The notes under the pieces: model-generated | Seen by the model: only the letters and a program-made list of their open reading frames with translations | What the model was told of the DNA's origin: nothing | Databases searched by the model: none | Assembly: GCA_963782055.1 (NCBI GenBank) | Contig: CAWAIF010000003.1 | Coordinates: forward strand, 5,760,001 to 5,824,000 | From: an uncultured delta proteobacterium | GTDB lineage: Bacteria > Myxococcota_A > Polyangia > Polyangiales > Polyangiaceae | Reading direction: 5' to 3' | Length of the DNA stretch: 64,000 bases | Position numbers and translations under genes: made by a program | Shown: piece by piece, positions 1 through 9,121 of the stretch | Position numbering within the stretch: the stretch's first letter is position 1 | How the letters are laid out: every line of letters begins with the position of its first letter

Positions 1-2
1 TC

Positions 3-197
3 ACCGGCATCGTCCTGACCAAGCTGGACGGGACGGCCAAGGGCGGCATCGTCCTCGGCATCTGCGACGAGCTGAAGGTGCCGGTCCGGTACATCGGGCT
101 GGGGGAGCGGGCGGAGGACCTGCGGGAGTTCAACCCGGAGGAATTCGTGGAGGCGCTCTTCGGCCAGCCGGAGGAAGCACCACCTAGCTCTTCTTGA
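3..197 (+). CDS. ftsY: Signal recognition particle-docking protein FtsY, C-terminal fragment (gene starts before window)
   Basis: Frame from nt 3 reads [53 protein letters not shown], the SRP-GTPase C-terminal signature; TGA at 195-197. Confidence 0.93.
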   Translation, partial: TGIVLTKLDGTAKGGIVLGICDELKVPVRYIGLGERAEDLREFNPEEFVEALFGQPEEAPPSSS

Positions 198-467
198 CCC
201 GAGCCGTTCCTGGTATGGTCCGGCCGGGGAGGCTGGTCGTGTCCACGAGGTGGGCGACCTGCCGTTTGCGGGTGGGCGGCGACGCAACGCCGCGCAGAGG
301 AGCCCGTAGTTCGAGCGGAATTGCGTTGCTTGGCCGAAATCGTGCGTGATATAGTCCGGCCCGCTTTTGCTGTACGCCTGATTCCCCAATTTTTCTGAGT
401 AGTTAGGGTCTACCGCGACGCCGGCTCTGCTGGTAGCGTCGCCAGTCGGATCGGAGAAGGGGTAGCG

Positions 468-1484
468 ATGAAGCAAGCTCTCAGGTGGCTTCTTGTTGCA
501 GCGGCTCTTGCGCTGCCTACGGCGGCCTTCGCGCAGAAGAAGCCCGCCGACAAGGCGCCACAAGCAGGTACAGCGGCAGGGGCCGCCACCGACTCGAGCG
601 GTGCGGTAGACCTCGATGCCGACCAGGCGGGGTCGGCTTCGGCCGCGCCTACCGCTTCGGCCGCACCCACCGACACCGGCGCGGCCGGCACGCCGGGGGA
701 GGGCGGTGGTGGAGGCGGCATCTGCGACATCGACCCCTCCGCCTGCCCGAAGACGGCGAACCTGGGCGAGGAGGCGAAGAAGACCGTCCACCAGGACATC
801 TACGCGGTGGAGCAGATCTACGTGCTCCGTTACCACCGCGTGGAGCTGACCCCGTACTGGGGCTTCAGCCTCAACGACCAGTTCGTCAGCCACCCGGGCC
901 CGGGCCTCAACGCCAACTTCTTCATCACCAACGTCCTGGCGGTGGGCCTGAACGGCAACTTCTACTCCGGCCTGAACCAGGACTCCGATTTCAACTTCCA
1001 GCACCGTCGCGCCGCGCGCGTGGCAGTGCCGCTGAACGAGTACGCCTGGAGCGCGGCGCTGAACTTCACGTACGTGCCGGTCTACGGCAAGTTCGCCGGG
1101 TTCGGCAGCTTCATCTTCAGCTACGACCTGTACGCGACGGCCGGCGTCGGGGCGATCTCCACGCGCCCCATCCCGGTCATCGACCCTGACAACCGCAAGT
1201 TCGACTACGACGTGAAGATCGCCTTCAACCTGGGCGTCGGCTTCCGCGTCTTCCTCACACGGTGGCTGGCGGCGACGCTCGAGATTCGCGACTACATCTA
1301 CCCGGAGAAGCTGGAGGCGCTGACGATCGCCAACGGGCCGATCGGGAAACCGGATGACGCGAACTCGCCCTCCAACCCGAACACCTGGCTGCAGGACAGC
1401 AGCAACATCACGAACAACGTCCAGGCCAACGTGGGGGTCAGCATCTTCCTCCCCTTCAGCTTCGAATACAGGCTGCAGAAATGA
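468..1484 (+). CDS. Outer-membrane beta-barrel protein (myxobacterial GltA/GltB-like, TIGR04565-type)
   Basis: Signal peptide, Ala/Gly linker, then alternating aromatic beta-strands (ELTPYWGFSLNDQF...YGKFAGFG...GVSIFLPFSFEY). Confidence 0.75.
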   Translation: MKQALRWLLVAAALALPTAAFAQKKPADKAPQAGTAAGAATDSSGAVDLDADQAGSASAAPTASAAPTDTGAAGTPGEGGGGGGICDIDPSACPKTANLGEEAKKTVHQDIYAVEQIYVLRYHRVELTPYWGFSLNDQFVSHPGPGLNANFFITNVLAVGLNGNFYSGLNQDSDFNFQHRRAARVAVPLNEYAWSAALNFTYVPVYGKFAGFGSFIFSYDLYATAGVGAISTRPIPVIDPDNRKFDYDVKIAFNLGVGFRVFLTRWLAATLEIRDYIYPEKLEALTIANGPIGKPDDANSPSNPNTWLQDSSNITNNVQANVGVSIFLPFSFEYRLQK

Positions 1485-2446
1485 AAACGAGGACTGGGGC
1501 GATGCGCGGATTCGTGACGGCACTCACGGCGGTTCTCGGCGGGCTCGCGCTGTTGCCAGCGCTCGAGCACAAGGCCGAGGCCCAGGAAATTGTTCTGACC
1601 GGCCCGCTCAAGGGCGCTCCGCCGGTCATCCACCTGCGGCAGTACCGCAAGAGCCGGTTCGAGATCGCGCCGATGGTCTCGTTCACGCTGCTGGACGAGT
1701 ACCGCCGCAACATCATCATGGGCGGGCGGCTGCAGTACTACTTCACCGACTGGCTCGGCGTGGGCCTCTGGGGAGGCGGCGCGGTCAGCACGACGACCGA
1801 CCTCACCGACCAGACCGACGAGATCGCGCCGCGTGACGCCTTCACCGCCACCAACGTGGCGCCCAACAAGGCGAGCCAGAACAAGAGCCCCAACTTCACC
1901 GATCAGACCGCCAGCATGGCGTGGATGATCGCCCCGCAGGTGACGGCCATCCCGTTCCGCGGCAAGCTCGCCCTCTTCCAGAAGCTGTTCGTCGACACCG
2001 AGGCCTACTTCTTCGCCGGCGTGGCCTTCGCGGGCCTCAACGAGCGCGCGGACTGCGGCAACGGCAACGGCGAGCCCGTCTGCAGCGACGTCAAGAGCTT
2101 CACCCTCACCAGCCGCCTGGCGGTCGCCCCGACGTTCGGTCTGGGCCTGAGCTTCTTCCTCGCCGACTTCATCAACCTCGGCGTGGAGTGGCGCGCCATG
2201 CCCTTCTCGTGGAACCGCGGCGGGTTCGACTCGCGCGGGAGCGGGCCGAACAACAACTTCCCCGACGGGAAGATCAACGGCGACGACCAGACCTTCAAGT
2301 TCAACCAGATGATCGGCATCTCGGTCGGCTTCATGCTGGGCAAGCGCACGACGAGCACCTACACGCCCGGTCAGACGAAGGGCGAGGGCGGCGGCAAGTC
2401 GGACAAGTCCGAGAAGTCGGACAAGTCGGACAAGTCGAGCAAGTAG
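1481..2446 (+). CDS. Second outer-membrane beta-barrel protein (paralog of the upstream gene)
   Basis: ATGA overlap with upstream gene; signal peptide; RFEIAPMVSFTLLDEY...PFRGKLALF beta-barrel pattern; (KSD/E)n C-terminal tail. Confidence 0.75.
   Translation: MKTRTGAMRGFVTALTAVLGGLALLPALEHKAEAQEIVLTGPLKGAPPVIHLRQYRKSRFEIAPMVSFTLLDEYRRNIIMGGRLQYYFTDWLGVGLWGGGAVSTTTDLTDQTDEIAPRDAFTATNVAPNKASQNKSPNFTDQTASMAWMIAPQVTAIPFRGKLALFQKLFVDTEAYFFAGVAFAGLNERADCGNGNGEPVCSDVKSFTLTSRLAVAPTFGLGLSFFLADFINLGVEWRAMPFSWNRGGFDSRGSGPNNNFPDGKINGDDQTFKFNQMIGISVGFMLGKRTTSTYTPGQTKGEGGGKSDKSEKSDKSDKSSK
2394..2443 (+). repeat. Imperfect 9-bp tandem repeat (caagtcgga) encoding KSDKSEKSDKSDKSSK
   Basis: Read directly at the end of the CDS. 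Confidence 0.8.
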
Positions 2447-2510
2447 ACACGCAGCGGAGGGCCGCGCGTGGGGAGGGGCGGCGCGGCGCGTGCCGTCCTT
2501 CCCGGGCGGG

Positions 2511-3344
2511 TCAGCGCTTGCGGATGTGGCCTTCGCCGTCGATGTTGTACTCGCTCGGCAGGGACTTGCGCATCTCGGCGCGCTGATCTTCGGGGACGAT
2601 CCAGCCGCGGGTGAGGAAGGCCTCGCAGATGCGGTTGCGGATGCGCAGCGACTCCTCGTCGACGAACATCTCGCTCAGCGGGCCGATGGCGGCGTCGTCG
2701 TCCTGCGCGAGCATGGCGCCCACCGCGTGGAAGCGGGAGGGCTCGTTGACGTCCCAGCGGAAGTCCTTCACCGCCTCGAGGATGCTCGGATCCTTGTGCT
2801 GCTCCAGCTCCGCCAAGAGCTGCACCTTGGGCTCGACGAACTTGGCGTACTCCGTGTCCCACTTGGAGAGCCAGCGGAGCAGCTCGGCGACGATCTCTTC
2901 CTCGTCCAGGTTGGCCTTGATCAGCTTGATGGGCCACCCCAGCGACTCCGCCTTGGCCGTGTAGGGGCGCAGCGGCTCGACGATCTTCTTGCCCAGGCCG
3001 AGCAGGCCCTCGAAGACGAGGGACTTCTCCTCGGAGTCGGTGATGGAGGGGTCCATCACCCAGTTGAAGCGCTTGAGCAGGGCGGCCGCGGCGTCGACGC
3101 GGGTGAGCTCGTGCTCCTCCAGCCGGGCCTGGCCCTTCTCCGTCTGGGCGAGGTCCGCTGCGTCCTCGAGGGGCTGGCAGAGATCGCAGAGGGCGGCGAT
3201 GGCCTCCTGGCGGTCGTAGTTCTGGGCGCGCTTGTCGGCGGCCTTGTCAGCCCAGCGGGCAACTTCCCTGCGCACTTGCGGGGGCTTCTTTCCCAGCTTG
3301 TCGGTGCGGTTGTCGGTGCGCTTGAAGAAGTCGAAGAGACCCAT
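2511..3344 (-). CDS. HEAT/armadillo-like helical repeat protein
   Basis: 277-aa ORF with typical codon bias; helical repeats such as DVNEPSRFHAVGAML and EESLRIRNRICEAF. Confidence 0.65.
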   Translation of the reverse strand: MGLFDFFKRTDNRTDKLGKKPPQVRREVARWADKAADKRAQNYDRQEAIAALCDLCQPLEDAADLAQTEKGQARLEEHELTRVDAAAALLKRFNWVMDPSITDSEEKSLVFEGLLGLGKKIVEPLRPYTAKAESLGWPIKLIKANLDEEEIVAELLRWLSKWDTEYAKFVEPKVQLLAELEQHKDPSILEAVKDFRWDVNEPSRFHAVGAMLAQDDDAAIGPLSEMFVDEESLRIRNRICEAFLTRGWIVPEDQRAEMRKSLPSEYNIDGEGHIRKR

Positions 3345-3470
3345 GGGGGCGCTTTCTTAGCACGAGACGCTGCCACCCTCATCTCCAACCGGCCTCTCTT
3401 CCTCGCTTGGAAAGCCGACGGAAGAGGGCACACCGCCCCGCGCCTCTACTTTTCGGGGGCGCGGGCGCGG

Positions 3471-4931
3471 TCAGCCGACCGGGACGGCGACCAGGATGAC
3501 CTCGCGGCCGCGGGTCTGGACCTGGTAGCGCACGGGCTTGCCGTGCTTCTGCATGGCGTCGGACTCCATCGACTGGAGGCGTCCCTGGAACGCCTGCGGG
3601 GTGATGTGGTCGGTCTGCTCGCCGAGGGACTTCTTGGCGGCGATGTACTCCTGGTAGATGCGACCGTAGTACTGGTCCGCCGGCTCGGCGGCGAGGGCCT
3701 GGACGGCCGCCGGGTCGAGGGCCGCGGCGGGGCCGCCCTGATCGTCGACTGCGACCGCACTCGCCATGGCCGCGGCCGAGGGCGCGCGGGAGACGCGGCC
3801 CTCGTCGTCGGTGGTGTCCTCCTCGACGCCCAGGAGCTGGTTGAGGAGCTGGTCGATGCGGAAGGCGAGGCCGCCCAGCTCGGCGTGCTCCAGCTGGAAG
3901 CGCTTGTCCTGCTGGCCGTTGATGATGGCCAGCAGGCCCTCCTCCAGCGTGGCGATGGGGCCGGAGATGTAGTTGCCGAGGAGCCAGGCGCCGATGGCCA
4001 CCAGGATGATGCCGAGCGCCATCACGCCGAGGAGCGGGGTGGCGAGGGAGCCGGCGTCGGGGATCACCGTGCCGGGCGCGGAGGTCACGATGGCCTTGCC
4101 CTTGCCGTCCCCGAGGTCGAGGGGGGCGGCGCCGACCATCATGTCGGTCGCCGGGGCGGCGTCCACGTGGCCCTTGTCGATGACGGCGATGACGGTGTCG
4201 CGCGCGCCCTTGTCGGCCGCGGCCTTGGTCACCGCGTCGTCCAGCGCGGTGGTGCTCGCGCCGGAGCGGGCGAGGACCGAGACGGCCCCCTTCTCGCCGG
4301 AGGCGATGACCACCGGCCGGCCGGTGATGGTGTCGGCCACGCGGGAGAGCTCGTCGTTGATCTGGATGCCGACGACGATGGACCCGACGACCTGGCCCTT
4401 GTCGTTGCGCACGGGGGCGTAGGAGGCGAGAAACTGGTCGTTGCGGCTCTTGTTGATCCAGACGTCGGAGCCGGACTGCCCCTTGGAGACGGCGGCCTGG
4501 TAGGTCGGGTACGCCTTGCCGATGTCGTCGCCGCGCAAGAGCGGCGAGTTGTTGCGGCCGACGATCTTGCCGCTGGCGTCGACCAGCAGCACGATCGAGG
4601 GCACGTTGCCCTGGAAGTCGGGCGCGGACTTGGCCGCGGCGACGAGCGAGTCGCAGAGCGCGGTGGCGCTGTCGCCGGCGGCGGAGGGATCGGCCTTGTT
4701 GAGCGCATCCATCGCGGCGGGCTCGGCGGCCTTGACCGTCAGCCAGCGCTCCACCTTCAGCCCGTCGAGCTCGAGCTGCGCGGCGGCGCCCTCCGCGTTG
4801 TGCTTGGCCTCGTCGAGCAGGACCGTGGGGCTGGAGGCGGCGCTCATCAGCGACGTGCGCATCAGCACGAAGGACAGCAGCCCCACGATGGCGACGATGA
4901 TGGCGTTGACGGCAAGGATCTTGGTTCGCAT
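3471..4931 (-). CDS. Membrane sensor-like protein: TM - periplasmic (Cache-like) - TM - HAMP - MXAN_5187-like C-terminal domain
   Basis: Start MRTKILAVNAIIVAIVGLLSF (TM); second TM followed by HAMP-like ISGPIATLEEGLLAIING...ELGGLAFRIDQLL; C-terminus IYQEYIAAKKSLGE...VRYQVQTRGREVILVAVP. Confidence 0.65.
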   Translation of the reverse strand: MRTKILAVNAIIVAIVGLLSFVLMRTSLMSAASSPTVLLDEAKHNAEGAAAQLELDGLKVERWLTVKAAEPAAMDALNKADPSAAGDSATALCDSLVAAAKSAPDFQGNVPSIVLLVDASGKIVGRNNSPLLRGDDIGKAYPTYQAAVSKGQSGSDVWINKSRNDQFLASYAPVRNDKGQVVGSIVVGIQINDELSRVADTITGRPVVIASGEKGAVSVLARSGASTTALDDAVTKAAADKGARDTVIAVIDKGHVDAAPATDMMVGAAPLDLGDGKGKAIVTSAPGTVIPDAGSLATPLLGVMALGIILVAIGAWLLGNYISGPIATLEEGLLAIINGQQDKRFQLEHAELGGLAFRIDQLLNQLLGVEEDTTDDEGRVSRAPSAAAMASAVAVDDQGGPAAALDPAAVQALAAEPADQYYGRIYQEYIAAKKSLGEQTDHITPQAFQGRLQSMESDAMQKHGKPVRYQVQTRGREVILVAVPVG

Positions 4932-5098
4932 TCGGCCTCGGGTGTGTGCCGGCTCGCAGGCCGGACCGCCTCCCCACGACGTCATGGGGTCCGCTAGCTC
5001 GAGCACGGCGCGTTGCCGCACCGTACAGCCACTCGAACGCTCGCAAACGCTATCATCCTGCGCCGAGCCGCGGCAACATGCGGCTGAACCCCGCCCAA

Positions 5099-6142
5099 AT
5101 GCCGAAAAAACCCGACGAACGCGCGCCCGGGGCCACCCCGGCGCTCCTGATGGACGACCCCCGCTTCGACCGGCACCGCCCGCGCGCGTACCACCCGGAG
5201 CGGCCGGAGCGCCTGGTGGCGGCGCGGGCCGCGGTGGAGAGGGCGCCCGTCCGGTGGGGAAAGGTGGAGCCGCGGGAGGCCGCCCCGGAGGACCTGGTTC
5301 GCGTGCATGATGCACGCTTCATCGACGAGCTGCTGGGGCTGCGCGGGCGGAGCCTGAACCTGGACCCCGACACCTACGTCAGCGAGGCGTCGGTGGAGGT
5401 GGCGCTGCTGGCGGCGGGCGGCGTCGTCGCGCTCGTCGACGCCCTGCTGGAGGGCGAGACGTCGCTCGGGGTGGCCCTGCCCCGCCCTCCGGGCCACCAC
5501 GCGCGGCCGTCGCAGGCGATGGGCTTCTGCCTGCTCAACAACGTGGCGATCGCCGCGGCGCACGCGCGGGCGAGGGGGGTCGCGCGGGTGGCCGTGGTGG
5601 ACTTCGACGTCCACCACGGCAACGGCACGCAGGAGATCTTCGCGACCGACGCCTCGGTGCTCTACCTCTCCACGCACCAGTTCCCCTTCTACCCGGGCAC
5701 CGGCGCGCTGGAAGAGGCGGGACTTGGCGAGGGCAAGGGCTTCACGGTGAACGTGCCGCTCACGGCGGGGGGCGGCGACGCGGTCTACCGCGCGGCGTTC
5801 GACAGGGTGGTGGCGCCCGTGCTGGAGGCGTACGCGCCGGACCTCTTGCTGGTGAGCGCCGGCTTCGACGCGGCGGCGCGCGATCCCCTCGCCGAGATGA
5901 ACGTGTCGGCGCAGGGCTTCGGCTACATGGCGAGCGTGCTGGCGCGGCAGGCGCGGGCGTCGGCGAAGGGGCGCATGGCGCTGGTGCTGGAGGGCGGCTA
6001 CGACCTGGGAGCGCTGGAGGCCGGGCTGCTGGCGGCCATCCGCGGGGCGGCGGGGGAGAGCTTCGGCGGGGTGGAGAGCGATCCGGACGAGCCGGATGTG
6101 GTGCGGGCGGCGATGCAGGCCGGCAGGGCCTGGAAGATCTGA
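5099..6142 (+). CDS. Histone deacetylase / acetylpolyamine amidohydrolase family protein
   Basis: HPERPERL, RPPGHHA, GFCLLNNVA, DFDVHHGNGTQ, SAGFDA and LEGGY motifs; start could be 5078 or 5099. Confidence 0.93.
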   Translation: MPKKPDERAPGATPALLMDDPRFDRHRPRAYHPERPERLVAARAAVERAPVRWGKVEPREAAPEDLVRVHDARFIDELLGLRGRSLNLDPDTYVSEASVEVALLAAGGVVALVDALLEGETSLGVALPRPPGHHARPSQAMGFCLLNNVAIAAAHARARGVARVAVVDFDVHHGNGTQEIFATDASVLYLSTHQFPFYPGTGALEEAGLGEGKGFTVNVPLTAGGGDAVYRAAFDRVVAPVLEAYAPDLLLVSAGFDAAARDPLAEMNVSAQGFGYMASVLARQARASAKGRMALVLEGGYDLGALEAGLLAAIRGAAGESFGGVESDPDEPDVVRAAMQAGRAWKI

Positions 6143-6234
6143 GGTCCCGCGTGGGAGGGTGAGGTCAGCCGGGGCGGGCCGGTCGCGTCAGTTGGCAAGG
6201 GCGCGGGAGGAGGCTATATGTCCCCCCGCTGTTT

Positions 6235-6312
6235 GGTGGCCGTAGCTCAGTTTGGTAGAGCACTGGATTGTGGCTCCGGTTGTCGCGGGTTCGAGCCCCG
6301 TCGGTCACCCCA
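6235..6312 (+). tRNA. tRNA-His (GTG)
   Basis: G-1 plus GTGGCCG/CGGTCAC acceptor stem, D-arm AGCTCAGTTTGGTAGAGC, anticodon loop TTGTGGC, GGTTCGAGCCC T-arm, encoded CCA. Confidence 0.97.
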
Positions 6313-6391
6313 GATTTTCTTGCAGAGGCAGCCGATCGCCGTGTCCGGACATGGTGACCGACTGCCGCCCGGCGACTAGAGTTTCGGCGCC

Positions 6392-7960
6392 TTGAGCGAT
6401 CGAAGACAGTGGCTGCTGGTGTCCGTGGCGCTCTTCGCGCTGGCGGCGTGGCCCATCCTGCTCGTGCCGGTGCCACCGCTCCAGGACCTGCCCAACCACC
6501 TGGCGTCCGCCTTCGCGGTGGCGCACCCGGCGCAGTACCCGGAGTACGTCTCCAACGGGCTGTTCAAGACGAACGCCGCGGCCTACGCGTGGCTGCGTGT
6601 CTTGGGGGGGCCGCTCGGCCTCCGCCTCGCCGGCAAGACCTTCGTCCTGTTCGTGGTCGCCGTGGGCGCCTTCGTCTACCCACACGCCATCTGGCGCCTC
6701 GGGGGCGCGAAGCGGCTTCGCTCGGCCGCGCTGCTCGCCTGGCCGATGGCGCACAACTGGTTCGTGTGCATGGGCATGCTCGACTACGCCCTCGGCGTGG
6801 CGCTCGGGATCGAGTGCCTGGTGCAGCTCGCCGCGCTGGCGGAGCGCCCCCGCGCGGCTCCCGCCCTCTTCGCGACCTTGCTGGCGATAGCTGTGTGGTA
6901 CACACATGTCTTCGCGCTGGCTGTCGTCGGTCTGCTCGTCGTCGTGCACGTGGCGCGGCAGGGACGGCCGACCGAGATCCTCCCGAAGAAGGCCGCCGCG
7001 CTGCGTCTGCTCCCGCCGCTCGTCCCCGCCGTCGCGATCTCCGCGTGGTCGGTGCTCACGCAGCTGCGCGGCGAGACGCACGTGGGCGAGCGCACCTTCG
7101 TCTTCGTCTCGCCGTGGGACATCCTCTACAACGCATGGGCCGAGTGGCTCTGGGCGTTCACCAAGCTGGAGATCGCGACCCTGCTGGTGGCCATCGTCCT
7201 CGCGGTCTTCCTCTTGCGCTACGTGCGCGAGACGCCGACGTTCTTCTCGCCGCTCGCCGTCGGCGTGCTGGTTGCCTGCTACGTCTTCACGCCCTACGAC
7301 GCGGCCAACTGGTTTCACGTCAGCTCGCGCTTCCTTCCCTTCGTCTGGATGGCCGCGCTGCTGCGCGTGCCGGAGAAGGTGCCCCGGTGGCTCGCGGGCC
7401 TGCTCGGGGCGGCGGCGGTCAGCTACTCCGTCGGCATGGGCGTCGACTACGCGCGCCTCTCGCGCGACTGGGCGCGCTTCACCAGCGCCGAGGCGGCCGT
7501 GCCCCGCGACGCCAAGCTCCTGCCGCTCGTCTTCTCCCAGAAGGGCCGCTACGGCGACAACACCTGGCCGATGCTCCACGCCTGGGGCTTCTACGTGATC
7601 GACCGCGGCACGAGCGCCCCGCTCCTCTTCGCGCACTCACCGTCCTTCGCGGTCTCCTACCGCAAACAACCTCCCCTCCGCTTCCACCAGCTCTATCTCG
7701 AGGTGCTGCCGCAGGGGCTGCGCGACCCGAAGCACTTCTGCCGGGCCGTGCGCGGCGAGGGTGTCATCCCCGACGACTGCGCCGCCGAGTATCGCGCCGC
7801 CTGGCAGGAGTTCTGGGACGACGCGACCCCGCGCTTCGATCACGTACTGATGTTCGAGCCGCCCGAGGCGGTGCGCGAGGCGCTGCCGACCGGCTACCAC
7901 GTCGTCTTCGACCGCGACGGGGTCGTGGTGCTCGAACGCCTTCCGCCGCGCGCTCAGTAG
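6392..7960 (+). CDS. Polytopic membrane protein, possible GT-C-fold glycosyltransferase
   Basis: Many TM segments, PPLQDLPNHLA loop after TM1, periplasmic C-terminal domain; TTG start. Confidence 0.55.
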   Translation: MSDRRQWLLVSVALFALAAWPILLVPVPPLQDLPNHLASAFAVAHPAQYPEYVSNGLFKTNAAAYAWLRVLGGPLGLRLAGKTFVLFVVAVGAFVYPHAIWRLGGAKRLRSAALLAWPMAHNWFVCMGMLDYALGVALGIECLVQLAALAERPRAAPALFATLLAIAVWYTHVFALAVVGLLVVVHVARQGRPTEILPKKAAALRLLPPLVPAVAISAWSVLTQLRGETHVGERTFVFVSPWDILYNAWAEWLWAFTKLEIATLLVAIVLAVFLLRYVRETPTFFSPLAVGVLVACYVFTPYDAANWFHVSSRFLPFVWMAALLRVPEKVPRWLAGLLGAAAVSYSVGMGVDYARLSRDWARFTSAEAAVPRDAKLLPLVFSQKGRYGDNTWPMLHAWGFYVIDRGTSAPLLFAHSPSFAVSYRKQPPLRFHQLYLEVLPQGLRDPKHFCRAVRGEGVIPDDCAAEYRAAWQEFWDDATPRFDHVLMFEPPEAVREALPTGYHVVFDRDGVVVLERLPPRAQ

Positions 7961-8970
7961 GTCGTGCCCGCGCCGAAGTCCCCGTCGATGGTGCTCGCCA
8001 CCTTCGCCACCTCCGCCGGCGCCGCGACGATCAGCCCGAGCTCGCGGTTCTGGTCCAGCGAGTTCGCCGTGAAGTTGGCGGAGCCGACGTACGCCTGCGC
8101 GCCGTCGACGACCATCGCCTTGGCGTGGACGTAGGGCGTCGCCAGCTTGACCACCGCGATCCCCGCCTGCTCGAGCTGCGAGACCGACTGCGACTGGGCG
8201 CTGGAGGGGGTCTGGTCGGACAGGATGACGCGGACGGCGACGCCGCGCCCCTGCGCGGCGATCAGCGCGGCGACGAAGGCGTCGTCGCTCATCGTCTCGC
8301 CCTCCACGTCCAGGGTGGACGTCGCCGCCTCGACCAGCCCGACCAGCTTGTCGCGCGAGTTGTTCGGCGAGACCACCAGATCGCCGTCGAGCGAGGGCTG
8401 CACGTGGTCGAAGTCCGCCTGGAAGATGGCCTCCGCCTCGGCGACGTCGGTCGTGTCGGTGTCCACCGCCAGGTACTCGCGGTTCTGCGAGGGGGAGGTG
8501 AAGGTCATGTTCATCGTCGTGATCCACGCCGTCACGCCGTCGATGATCGCGCACTTCTCGTGCGTGAAGTTGTAGGCGACGCCCGCCCACACGACAGGCA
8601 CGCCCGCGGCGGAGAGCTGCTGGAAGGTCTGCGCGTTGTCGAAGCCCGGGGAGGGGAAGGTCTGGTTGAGGACGACCTTCACGTCGACGCCCGCCTGGTG
8701 GCGCGCGATGAGCGCGTCGATGAAGCTCGACGACGACAGGTAGTACATCGTCAGGTGGACCGAGCTCTTCGCGTTGTTGATGGCGTCGAGCAGGGCCTTG
8801 GCGTCGTCGCTCGGCTCGACGATCACCTGGACGTCGGTGGTGCCGGAGACGCCCGCGTCGAAGGTCGCGGCGTCCCCCGCGTCCCGCTGCGGACCGACGA
8901 GCCTGTCGGCGCTGCACGCGCAGAGCACGCACGTCAACGTCAAGCCAAGCACGCGGGAGCCCACGCTCAC
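7954..8970 (-). CDS. Phospholipase D-family lipoprotein
   Basis: Two HKD motifs (HEKCAIID, HAKAMVVD) plus GSANF...NRELG; lipobox-like LCAC; GTG start inferred. Confidence 0.88.
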   Translation of the reverse strand: MSVGSRVLGLTLTCVLCACSADRLVGPQRDAGDAATFDAGVSGTTDVQVIVEPSDDAKALLDAINNAKSSVHLTMYYLSSSSFIDALIARHQAGVDVKVVLNQTFPSPGFDNAQTFQQLSAAGVPVVWAGVAYNFTHEKCAIIDGVTAWITTMNMTFTSPSQNREYLAVDTDTTDVAEAEAIFQADFDHVQPSLDGDLVVSPNNSRDKLVGLVEAATSTLDVEGETMSDDAFVAALIAAQGRGVAVRVILSDQTPSSAQSQSVSQLEQAGIAVVKLATPYVHAKAMVVDGAQAYVGSANFTANSLDQNRELGLIVAAPAEVAKVASTIDGDFGAGTTY

Positions 8971-9121
8971 GAGTCTTCGGGCGGACCGCTCCGGGCGCAA
9001 GCGAATTCGAATCGGAGCCGAAGGCTCGGCCGAAGAACACGCCCGACCGACGCCGGAGGTGGTAGACCGGCCCCCGATGGACGACGCGCCGGCCCCGTCG
9101 CAGCGGACTCCGAAGCCAGCC

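Noticed and set aside
2490..4997. 835-aa plus-strand ORF
   Set aside because: Antisense mirror of two real minus-strand genes
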